Shown piece after piece: positions 42,060 to 50,859 of a DNA stretch of 64,000 nucleotides. Source of the stretch: an uncultured Gemmatimonadales bacterium (GTDB taxonomy: Bacteria; Gemmatimonadota; Gemmatimonadetes; Gemmatimonadales; Gemmatimonadaceae); assembly GCA_963850905.1 (NCBI GenBank), contig CAWKMU010000003.1, forward strand, positions 1,792,001 through 1,856,000, read 5' to 3'. The translations under genes were made by a program, and so were the position numbers. Each line of letters begins with the position of its first letter. Position 1 is the first letter of the stretch. The notes under the pieces were generated by a model that searched no databases, had not been told where the DNA came from, and saw only the letters and a program-made list of their open reading frames with translations.

Positions 42060-42149
42060 ATGTTTCTGGCCAACCCGTCGAAAAGTTTCATGAGCCGCGT
42101 TTTTGGCTTTTTTAGCATGATGCTGGGAGAAGTATTCGACGTATTGTAG
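42060..42149 (+). CDS. Unannotated small peptide MFLANPSKSFMSRVFGFFSMMLGEVFDVL (alternative start 42090)
   Basis: ATG 42060 to TAG 42149, preceded by GAGGGGGTGA SD. Ends 39 nt before the HD-GYP start. Absent from the supplied ORF track. Confidence 0.65.
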   Translation: MFLANPSKSFMSRVFGFFSMMLGEVFDVL

Positions 42150-42188
42150 GCATCAACGAATTGCCGGGCGGGGGTTCCTTCGGGCTCT

Positions 42189-43512
42189 ATGAGCAACAAG
42201 GTCAGAGCATTCGTCGCGGCGGTAGTCGTAGGAGCTGCTTGCGGACTAGCTGCACTGATTGCCGGCGGAGATCCCATCACAGTCCGCTCGGCGCAGGCCG
42301 CGGCATGTTTTGCATGCCTTGGAATACTTGCACAATTCCTTTCGTATAGCGTGGACGGGAAGCGAGCCTCCACGGTTCTGCTCATACCGTATCTGTCGAC
42401 CATCTGACTTGGCGCCCACTTGGGTCGCGCTCGCGGCCATCGGCGGAGTTGCAACCGTCGGCGCAGTCATCATGAAGAGGTCTGCACTGAAAAGCACCTT
42501 CAATGTCTGCAAGACATTGCTAAGTGGCGCCCTTGCGATCGCGGTATATCGGGCTTTAGGCGGCACGGCGTGGTTAGTGCGATTCGACTTTAACTGGTTC
42601 GCTTACGTCGGGGCATACGCAACGTACCTGCTGGTCAACAACCTCCTTGTTGCGACCTTTCTGCGCCTTCAGGATGACGAGAGCCTGATCGGCGTCTTGC
42701 TGAGGTGGCCGGGAAGCTCGCTCGTTTATGACCTCCTGATGATTCCGATGGCGTATCTGTTTGCCGTCGTGTACCTCAGATTTGGTCCACTCGGAGCAAT
42801 GGCACTGGGGCTTCCCCTGCTGGCGGTTCGACAGCTTTACAAGACGAACTGGCAACTCGTCCGCGTGAACCAAGAGCTGCTTGAACTCATGGTCGCGGCG
42901 ATTGAGGCGCGAGACCCTTATACGTCGGGTCATTCGAGGCGAGTGGCGCGAAACGCCCGCATCATCGGACGCGCGCTGGGCCTTTCATCACGCGATGTGG
43001 ATCGTGTTGCGATCGCAGGTCTTCTTCACGACGTAGGCAAGATTCATGAGGTGTTCGCGCCGCTTCTGAGGAAGCCCGGCAAGCTCTCGCCTGAAGAGCG
43101 CTTGACGATGGAAACGCATCCCATCAAGAGCGCGGAGCTTGTGCAAAACGTATCGCATCTAGGCGATCTGGTTGCGGTGATCCGAAACCATCACGAAAAC
43201 TGGGATGGGACGGGCTATCCTGATGGACTAGGAGGAGAGGAAATTCCCCTTTTGTCTCGAATCATCATGATCGCCGATACGGTCGACGCGATGACAACCG
43301 ACCGACCCTACCGCGCCGCGATGGGAGAAGCGGAGGTTCGCGCAGAGCTACTCAGACTAAGCGGGAAGCAGTTTGATCCCGTGATGTGCGAGAAGCTTTT
43401 GGCGAGCACTCTCTACCCATCTTTGTTTGAGCGCCAATTAGCGAAGACGCCAGGCGAGATCCATTTGCTCCGCCGGCGAAGCCTTGGGGTGCGGGCGGCG
43501 ACGGGTTCGTAA
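42189..43512 (+). CDS. Multi-TM sensor HD-GYP phosphodiesterase, +1 frameshift at about 42405-42408
   Basis: Hydrophobic N-terminus in the 42189 frame continues as LAPTW in the 42259 frame. RDPYTSGHS, LHDVGK, HHENWDGTGYP and DAMTTDRPYR present. Confidence 0.9.
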
Positions 43513-43647
43513 GAGAAACGCCCGATCAGGCTTTGGGCAACGTGGAGGTTGCGTGTTCAAACCCAACGCATCCTCGGACCGTCACACTGCTTTCTCTCGC
43601 TTGGGGCAGCCAACTCGACGCAATACAACCCACCTGTGCCGAGTCAC

Positions 43648-46600
43648 CTACTGAAGAGCCTTGGCTAGAAACTTGGGCAAGGGTGAGCGCTCGCGCCGCT
43701 CGAACTCGACATAGTGCTGCAACAGCTTGATTGCCTTCTCACTTTCGCCTGACCTGTCACGAAGTGCCCACATTGCATACGCGGCAAAGTCCTGTCGGCC
43801 GGTTCTACTAGCGTGCCTGAAGGCGGTCTCAAACTCTTGCCTGTGGTGAAACTCCTCACCCGCGGCGAGTTGTGAAGTTGCCAGGATGGCGTAAGCTGCG
43901 CTCCTGAAGCGGAAGCATGACAGGTCGGCCCATCCGGCATAGTCGCGAAAGTCCTTCAGCGCCTCGTCACTCGGTCGGTCCTCTAGCAAACCAATTTGCG
44001 CCTGTGTGGCGTGGTACCTGCCGATCCTGGTTTCGCCATCCGGTGGGGCTGAGACTTCCTGACAAGCCGCTATCCAATCCTTTGCCGCTTCGAAGTTGCC
44101 CTCCTGAAAATAGCTCTTGAACAGACCTTCGGTGGCGGTGACTGCGGCACCGACGAGACCACACTCAGTGGCTATAGCCCGTTCTTCGGCCTGTAGGAGT
44201 CGAGCGCTCGTCAAGTCACCGAGGTAGACAAGGGGGGCTGACGCGTATTTGAGGGCTCGAATCAACTCGGTGACATTGTTGCTTCGTCTGCCCAGTGTGA
44301 CTAGGGCGCGTCCGGCCGCTACGCCCGCCTCCAAATCTCCGAAGATCGAGTGATAGAGGATTTCCGCCGTCAACTGGTGCTGTAGCAACTCATCTCCCCC
44401 ACCGACCAACTGTTTTACAACCAAGTGAGCCTCGGTTGCAGCTTGGGAGTCAGGGAGATTGAAGGCGAGCGACTGCGCCAACACACCTGCTTGGGCTCGG
44501 TGAAGTGGTGAGGCTTTGACACTCCGCACGCACCGCATCAACTTGCGCAACAATTCGTCGCCTTGACCGGTTGCGTACCATTTGGCTTCGAGAACGGCCA
44601 GTTCGGTGTCGTCATGCTCATGCTCGATTGGGTGACCGTCGGCGTTTTCACTGGCTGTCTCGGAAGCGACGCACAGCATCCTGTGCCACATTTGCGCTTC
44701 ACGAAGGCACACTATTAGTCCGCTGCGGATCTGTCTTTCACGCTCAGGATTCAGCGGCGTCAACTCGCGGGCGCGCTCCCAAATCGCGATCGCCTCGTTC
44801 GCAAAACCAAGCTGTAGGGCGTGGTCCGCGCACTTGGACATCAGCCTTGCCGCCGCCTCGACTTTGCGGGCTGCCCTGAGATGCTCGGCGCTGTCCCAGA
44901 GCAGCGACCCGTAATTCGTCGGCGTCAGATCCGCCTCGAGCACCTGGCCGATTCGCTCGTGCAGGAATTGGCCTGCCGTCGGGGAGAGCGATGCGAGCGC
45001 GGCCTCGGACAGCAGATCGTGCTTCGCATAGACAGCCTCGCCGTCGCACTTGAGGACCGATTGCGCGTCTAGGGCCTCCAATGCGTCGAGGACGTCGAGG
45101 CGGCGAAGATCGAGCACGCGCTCGAGCCGGTCCAGGGTGGAGTTCTTGCCGAGCAACGCACACACCTGCAGCACGCGCAAGGATTTTGGCGAGAGTTGCG
45201 AAAGCCTGCCGTCGATCGCCGCCAAGATCGACTGCGGGGGCGATTTCGTCGCCCCCTTCATGGCCCAGTGCGCCGCGAGCTCGCGCAGGAAATATGGGTT
45301 GCCCTCCGCGAGGCTGGCGTATCGCTCCACGACGTCGCGAGCGGGTGGTGCCGCACTGGAACCGGTCAGGGCGGCGAAGTGCTCGACAGACTCTGCATGC
45401 GACAGCGGGAGCACTTCCTGTAGCTGGAGTCCCGGCACAACGCCGCCAAGCACACCGTCCGGTGCAGGCGGCGTGCGTCCCGCGAGGAGCACCATGAGGC
45501 GGCGGTGAGCCGAGCGCCCGACCAATTCCCGAATCAGCTCCGTCGAATACGTGTCCATCCAATGAGCGTCGTCCACGACGATGAGGAGCGTGGTCTCCTC
45601 ACAGATTGCATCGATCAGCTCGAGCAGCGCCTGCCTGACGGCGGCGCATGCCGCTGGTGCGTCCGCTGCCTCCACCTGTAGTTGCTCGAGAAATCGGTTG
45701 CTGGGCTCGCGGGGGTGGCTCAGGCACAACAGATATTGGCGCGATCGCGGCGCGCATCCCAGCGCGCCCGGCATATCGAGGAGACCGTGTATGAGGTCGC
45801 AGAACACTGACAACGGTCGGCTGGAATCGCTGCGCTGACTCACCGTCCTCTGAATGCGCACGCCATCGAGCGCGGCCACCCGTGCGACCTCCAGCGCCAC
45901 TCTGCTCTTGCCGATGCCAGCGGGCCCCCAGAGGTAACAGATGTTGCCGCGTCCCGATTTGGCCGAGCGCAACTGGGTGGTCAGCCATGTCAGCGTTGAC
46001 TCCCGTCCGACCAGTGGGGACGCGGGCCCGGGTTCGTACGCCTGCGGCAAGCGTTCAGTAATCCGCTTTCGCAGGATCGTCGCTGGCAGGCGAATCTCAT
46101 TGGGGGCCGCACCCAGTTCGGACGTGTAGCGGTCGAGGATGGAGATGGCCTCGAGCTTGTTGCCGACCAGCGCGGTCGATTCCGCCAACGCGAGCGTCGC
46201 TTCTTCGTTGAACGGATCGAGCTCCAGACACCTTCGGGCAGCGTCGGCGGCTTCAGGCCACCGATTCAGTCGTCTGAACGTCGATGCATCTCGCAGCAAC
46301 GAGAGCCGGAGCCGCGAGTGCACGCCGCTCCGGACTCGGTCGAGCCATTCGGCAAACGCGGGGGAGAAATTCGGCGCGTAGCCTGGTAAGAATCCCCGCG
46401 CCGCGCGGGCGGGGGTCGGTGTCGCCGAGAGGTCGCCCTCGTAGTCCAGCCACACCATGCTTGCGGGAAGGCGCAGGTGACTCGGCGCATGTTCGAGCGG
46501 AAAACCCAGAGACCTGAGAACGTAGGCGAGGTGGCGCAGGGAATGTCGCGCTTTGGACTCGGGAAACTGCGGCCAGAACAGCTCCGCAAGATGTTGCCGG

Positions 46601-46740
46601 CCCAAGTCGGCATCGCGCTCGATCGCGAGGTACAACGCGAACGCGAAACGCATCTCCGCCTCCGGGCACACACGCGTTGCTCCGACTTCGACAACGCACC
46701 TGCCCATCGACCACAGACGGACCCGAGGGTGTGATGCCAT
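43648..46740 (-). CDS. BTAD + AAA(STAND) ATPase + TPR-like transcriptional regulator
   Basis: LAELFWP..ARHSLRH, LELDPFNEEA, Walker A GPAGIGKS, Walker B LIVVDDAHW and GNPYFLREL. Confidence 0.88.
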   Translation of the reverse strand: MASHPRVRLWSMGRCVVEVGATRVCPEAEMRFAFALYLAIERDADLGRQHLAELFWPQFPESKARHSLRHLAYVLRSLGFPLEHAPSHLRLPASMVWLDYEGDLSATPTPARAARGFLPGYAPNFSPAFAEWLDRVRSGVHSRLRLSLLRDASTFRRLNRWPEAADAARRCLELDPFNEEATLALAESTALVGNKLEAISILDRYTSELGAAPNEIRLPATILRKRITERLPQAYEPGPASPLVGRESTLTWLTTQLRSAKSGRGNICYLWGPAGIGKSRVALEVARVAALDGVRIQRTVSQRSDSSRPLSVFCDLIHGLLDMPGALGCAPRSRQYLLCLSHPREPSNRFLEQLQVEAADAPAACAAVRQALLELIDAICEETTLLIVVDDAHWMDTYSTELIRELVGRSAHRRLMVLLAGRTPPAPDGVLGGVVPGLQLQEVLPLSHAESVEHFAALTGSSAAPPARDVVERYASLAEGNPYFLRELAAHWAMKGATKSPPQSILAAIDGRLSQLSPKSLRVLQVCALLGKNSTLDRLERVLDLRRLDVLDALEALDAQSVLKCDGEAVYAKHDLLSEAALASLSPTAGQFLHERIGQVLEADLTPTNYGSLLWDSAEHLRAARKVEAAARLMSKCADHALQLGFANEAIAIWERARELTPLNPERERQIRSGLIVCLREAQMWHRMLCVASETASENADGHPIEHEHDDTELAVLEAKWYATGQGDELLRKLMRCVRSVKASPLHRAQAGVLAQSLAFNLPDSQAATEAHLVVKQLVGGGDELLQHQLTAEILYHSIFGDLEAGVAAGRALVTLGRRSNNVTELIRALKYASAPLVYLGDLTSARLLQAEERAIATECGLVGAAVTATEGLFKSYFQEGNFEAAKDWIAACQEVSAPPDGETRIGRYHATQAQIGLLEDRPSDEALKDFRDYAGWADLSCFRFRSAAYAILATSQLAAGEEFHHRQEFETAFRHASRTGRQDFAAYAMWALRDRSGESEKAIKLLQHYVEFERRERSPLPKFLAKALQ

Positions 46741-46875
46741 TTGTTTGGACGTGTGAAAACAGGCGGCAATGCGTGCTTAACCTAGGGGCACCGGCGTCAT
46801 CGAAGCGTCATCCAGCGACTCCACTATGGTCGAATCACCTCCCGGCCGAAACGAGCAGGCGCCGCTGCTCGCAGT

Positions 46876-47919
46876 TTAATGTGCCTTCGACACGCTGGCC
46901 GCCGCCATGGCCGGTGACTGCGCGGGCAGTGGACCGTGTCCGGCAACCGGTGTCGTCGCGCCGGAAGCGCCTGTGGTGAGCGTGAACTTCGACGTGTCCG
47001 CACCCTTGGCCACGAGCTGCTGACGCACCATGGCGAGGTAGGCTTGCTGACCAGCGGCACTGGAGCCGTATCCCAGGCCCGCTGGCGGGGCGCCGATGTT
47101 GTACGAGCGGGCGCTGGAGCTCGCGTTGATCATCTTTGCCAACGAGGCGACCTGGCTCTGGGACCCCGGGCTCAGCGCCCCGTTTGCGCCCTTCGCGAGA
47201 CTGAAGTTCTTCACCAACATCGACGCCATCGTCATGCCCGTCGCGATCTCGACGACCTGGAGGCCGTGGTCTTTTACGAGGCCTACGACGAACTTCCCGA
47301 ACCCCTTGTGCTCCTTGACCGCCGTGTCGAGCGTGGCTGGCGAGGTCGTGGTGACGACCGGTCCAGGCCCGCTGGCTACGACGACGGGCGGACGTGCCTC
47401 CAACGCGTCGTACTTGATCGTCATACGCCCTGGCCGACCCGCGGTGTCACCCGCATGGCCCTTGAGGGAGAGGTCCTTGATCGATGCGGCGTGCAGGAAA
47501 TAGGACGCGGCGGGTGAGCCGTCGGGGCGGATGAGCGCGATCGACCCCTCGAGAAGGCAGGCCTCGCCCTTCTTGTCCTTCACGCATTTCTGATTGTCCG
47601 CGAGGCGAGAAGTGACCGAGTCGGGAGTCGCTGGGAGCTCGACGACGAACTCCCCAGGCTTGGGGACTAGCGCAGCTGGCGCGCTCGCCGCCATCCCCGG
47701 CGCCGACGGGGTTGGTGCGACGGCAGGGCCGGGAAGGTCTTTTGGCATCGTGGCGACGCGGACGTTGGCGAGCATCACTGGCTGCCCAGCTATCGTCAGA
47801 CCAATCGTGGCCTGTTCGGGCGACGCTTTCCGGGGGCCGGCCTGTGCTTCAAGGAGGGACACCGGTGCGGTGAGGCACAGCGCGCCGAGTACCAGCGCCA
47901 GGGGCAGGGTGCGGGACAT
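46876..47919 (-). CDS. Secreted hypothetical protein; tail-tube/Hcp-like N-domain and degenerate OmpA-C-like C-domain
   Basis: GGAGGG RBS; signal peptide; domain calls are by eye only. Confidence 0.65.
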   Translation of the reverse strand: MSRTLPLALVLGALCLTAPVSLLEAQAGPRKASPEQATIGLTIAGQPVMLANVRVATMPKDLPGPAVAPTPSAPGMAASAPAALVPKPGEFVVELPATPDSVTSRLADNQKCVKDKKGEACLLEGSIALIRPDGSPAASYFLHAASIKDLSLKGHAGDTAGRPGRMTIKYDALEARPPVVVASGPGPVVTTTSPATLDTAVKEHKGFGKFVVGLVKDHGLQVVEIATGMTMASMLVKNFSLAKGANGALSPGSQSQVASLAKMINASSSARSYNIGAPPAGLGYGSSAAGQQAYLAMVRQQLVAKGADTSKFTLTTGASGATTPVAGHGPLPAQSPAMAAASVSKAH

Positions 47920-48062
47920 TGTAGATCCCTCCGAATGTGTGATGGGACACCGGCACGACCGCGCGACGCGAGGCACAGACGCGTCTATCCGGTGAACGTC
48001 GGAGGAGAACCGATCCTCTCAGTCGGACGCTTTCGCGGCCGGGACTGTGATGGCAACAAGCA

Positions 48063-48089
48063 GTAGGGGCGCCGCAGCTGCGGCGCCCC
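48063..48089 (+). repeat. GTAG-family REP / palindrome
   Basis: GTA-GGGGCGCCGCAGCTGCGGCGCCCC, containing a perfect 24-nt palindrome. Confidence 0.7.
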
Positions 48090-48097
48090 CGTCTCGA

Positions 48098-49612
48098 CTA
48101 TCTCGCCTCGAGGACGGCCGGTGGCGTCCAGCTGCCGTCGAGGACCCCCACCTGCGGCCAATACGCCCGGAGGTACAGGGAGAATGCGCGCCCCTCAGGC
48201 GACGGCAACCAGTTGGCGCGACGGTCGTCGCTCGGTGGATCGGGCTGCACGTAAATGGTCAGCGAGCCGTCCGCGCCGAATTTCAGGGGCTTGTTCTTCG
48301 TGCCGACCGAATAGCGTTTGATGGGATTGGGGACGAAGAAGTGCTGCTCGTCGTACAGCGTCAGCGACCAGAACCCGTTGACCGGCGGTGTCTCGCCCCT
48401 CGCAAACGTCACGGTGTACTTCCGCGCCCCATTCAGCCGCTCGCCGCGCTCATCGAGATCCTGATAGTAGTACGTGGTCTCGCTCGGTGAATTCACGAAG
48501 ATGTTCGATCTCGCCACCGCGGTGCGCGTGAAGTAGTCGGTCCCGAACGCCGCTCCGTTGGAGATCGTGCTCCAGTGGTGCGGCAGCTGTTCGCCGAAGT
48601 TGCGGAACTGGAGCAGTGAATCCACGATCGTGGCGTCCGCGTCGACCGCGGCTTTGACCATCGCCGCCTTGAGTTTGGGGTCACCCTTGGCCGCTGTCAG
48701 CACTGCCAACAGCTGCGCGTACTGCGCTTCCTCCCCGCGCATCGGCGACGCATCCGCGAGGACCGCCCCGAGCTCGTCGAAGAATGTCTCTGGCCTCACC
48801 CACCTCACTTCTCCGGGACCGCTCGTCTCGCCGGGCCCAGTGGGGATCGCACTCCAATCCATGCTCTTCATGGTTCCGTCGTACTCGGCCAGCGGATACA
48901 TCATGATCTGGCGCAGCGGTGGCTGAATCGCCTGCTTGTCATCCGCCGTGTCGTCCTGAAACACGCGCGGCGCTACGAAGCCGGTGTTAGTCGGTGAGTG
49001 GAAGGCGCCCGTAATTCCCTTTGGGAGGTCGCCGCCTTGCCAATTGGGGCCGACGAGGAGGTAAAAGCCAGCCCGAGTCCCATACATCTTGCCGAGTTGC
49101 ACGAAGCTGTCCGTGCGCACATCCACGATCTGGTAGACCCAGAAGCGACTGCCGAAGTCCGGTACCTGGATGACTACGGGCGACAGGTCCAGTCCGAGTA
49201 GGCCCGCTCCATACACGACGTCCTGATTCGGGCAGGCGACGATCCGCTCTTCCGGGTCCACATAGTCGGTGAGCATCCCTAGTCGGTTCAGCGGCGCCGA
49301 TGGCACAGGGCCAGCGCGCATGATCTCTGGCACTTTGGCGAGCGCCAGTCGCCGGTTGTAGACGTTCACCATGGGCCACGCCCAGAAATAGGCGTCGCGA
49401 GCCACGAGCGCCGCATAGCCCTCCGTGATCTTGACGCGGAGATCAGGCCCCGGCGGCAGCGCGGTCGTGCTGGGCTTTGCCATGCGGTCGACCGTCTTGT
49501 CGGCGCGAGCGGGCGCTCCAGGAAGCGGCACTTCGCGCTCCAGTGGCGGGCCGCCCACGGGCGGCGTCGCGGGCCGTCTACTCGGCTCGGGTGTTCTCGG
49601 TTCGGTGTCCAT
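48098..49612 (-). CDS. DUF1254/DUF1214 domain protein
   Basis: CPNQDVVYG, YLLVGPNWQG, PPVNGFWSLTLYD, NWLPSP and LYLRAYWP. Confidence 0.9.
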   Translation of the reverse strand: MDTEPRTPEPSRRPATPPVGGPPLEREVPLPGAPARADKTVDRMAKPSTTALPPGPDLRVKITEGYAALVARDAYFWAWPMVNVYNRRLALAKVPEIMRAGPVPSAPLNRLGMLTDYVDPEERIVACPNQDVVYGAGLLGLDLSPVVIQVPDFGSRFWVYQIVDVRTDSFVQLGKMYGTRAGFYLLVGPNWQGGDLPKGITGAFHSPTNTGFVAPRVFQDDTADDKQAIQPPLRQIMMYPLAEYDGTMKSMDWSAIPTGPGETSGPGEVRWVRPETFFDELGAVLADASPMRGEEAQYAQLLAVLTAAKGDPKLKAAMVKAAVDADATIVDSLLQFRNFGEQLPHHWSTISNGAAFGTDYFTRTAVARSNIFVNSPSETTYYYQDLDERGERLNGARKYTVTFARGETPPVNGFWSLTLYDEQHFFVPNPIKRYSVGTKNKPLKFGADGSLTIYVQPDPPSDDRRANWLPSPEGRAFSLYLRAYWPQVGVLDGSWTPPAVLEAR

Positions 49613-49746
49613 CCGGGGACAATTGGTCCGCCAGTGGGATCGTCGACAGTGGACCTTGGTCCGGCCCCTCGGCGCCGTGTGTTCGATCCTCGACGCGGGT
49701 CCTCGAGCCCTCGAGTAGCAGTAGCTGATTTGCTCGGGCGACTTGC

Positions 49747-50574
49747 CTAGTGCGTGACCGTGAGCCCGATGACCGGTGCGGTCTGATGCACGAATGTGCC
49801 GCGCACGGTGTAGCTCCCCGGTGTGAGGTCGACGAAGTCGGGGATCGCAGGCTGGACATCGAAGACGTAGCGCCTCGTCGAGCCGGCCGAGCCCGCCGGC
49901 GCGAATGCCACGGTCGTATCCGAGTTCGACGTCCCCTCACCGCCACCCGTTCCACTGAACTCGAATCCGACCCATGGCAAATTCGCAGGCACCGCGACCC
50001 GCACCGCGCGGGGTTCCGGATTGGTGACATTCACCGTCACGGTGAACAGGCCGCTGTCGCGGCTCAGCGATATGGTGTTTGGCTCCAGCAGCGTCGTGAT
50101 GGTCATGTCCGTCGGCCGCACGATCGGGGCTGTGGTCGAGGTATCCGGCGGCCCGCCGGCGTCCCGCACGCAGCCTTCGACACACAACACGATGTCGCCG
50201 CAGGATTCGAGGAAGGCACCGCGCGGGTGACCACCGGCTTGCAACAGCGCGTGCAGCATCTCGTGGCGGACCAGGTCTCCATCGTCGACGTAGTCGGCCG
50301 CAATCACGATGCGGTTGCCCGCCGAATACCAGGCCCCTGCGACCGACTGGCCCTCGAGATTGAACGACGCGGCGCCAGGAAGGAGGTACCACCGGACGGC
50401 TGCGAAGTCCCCGACCTGACCGGAGCAGCCCTCCGTGAGTTGCCACCACGAGGCGTAAATGGCTGGCGGTACGTAAGCGACGACCCCCGACGGGGGGCCC
50501 ATGTCCGCGCACCCGGCGGCAAACACGCCGAGGAGGAGTCCGGCCCGAAAGCGGCGCACCGTCGCCTGCACCAC
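49747..50574 (-). CDS. Lipoprotein with HExxH zincin-like motif and Ig-like C-domain
   Basis: FAAGC lipobox; LVRHEMLHALL..GGH. Confidence 0.7.
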   Translation of the reverse strand: MVQATVRRFRAGLLLGVFAAGCADMGPPSGVVAYVPPAIYASWWQLTEGCSGQVGDFAAVRWYLLPGAASFNLEGQSVAGAWYSAGNRIVIAADYVDDGDLVRHEMLHALLQAGGHPRGAFLESCGDIVLCVEGCVRDAGGPPDTSTTAPIVRPTDMTITTLLEPNTISLSRDSGLFTVTVNVTNPEPRAVRVAVPANLPWVGFEFSGTGGGEGTSNSDTTVAFAPAGSAGSTRRYVFDVQPAIPDFVDLTPGSYTVRGTFVHQTAPVIGLTVTH

Positions 50575-50859
50575 GCGGCACCTCGATGGAGAAAATCGAA
50601 CTGGCTGCGCCCTCGCCCGTCTGCGGAGATCGCGCCAGCGCTCGCTCGACTTGGATGCGGGGCGCCGATGTTGTTGATCTGCGTCGAGTTGCGATAGCCG
50701 CTCTACATCAAGGCCGCGCGAATCGACCCCCCGGTGTGATGCAGGCCTGCCACGTTCCGACGCTCAGTCACGCCACACCACCAGGTCCGTGTGGCGAAGC
50801 TGCTCGGGGTCGCTCGTGTCCTCTGGAAGGGTCGCGCTCGAGGGATAAGTTCTATAGGC

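Noticed and set aside
42399..42412. prfB-like programmed +1 frameshift at ATC TGA C
   Set aside because: The Ile tRNA cannot re-pair on UCU and there is no internal SD. The window is also full of other +1 errors.
43513..43647. Second small peptide between the HD-GYP and BTAD genes
   Set aside because: Short ORFs on either strand lack a properly spaced RBS or a convincing composition.
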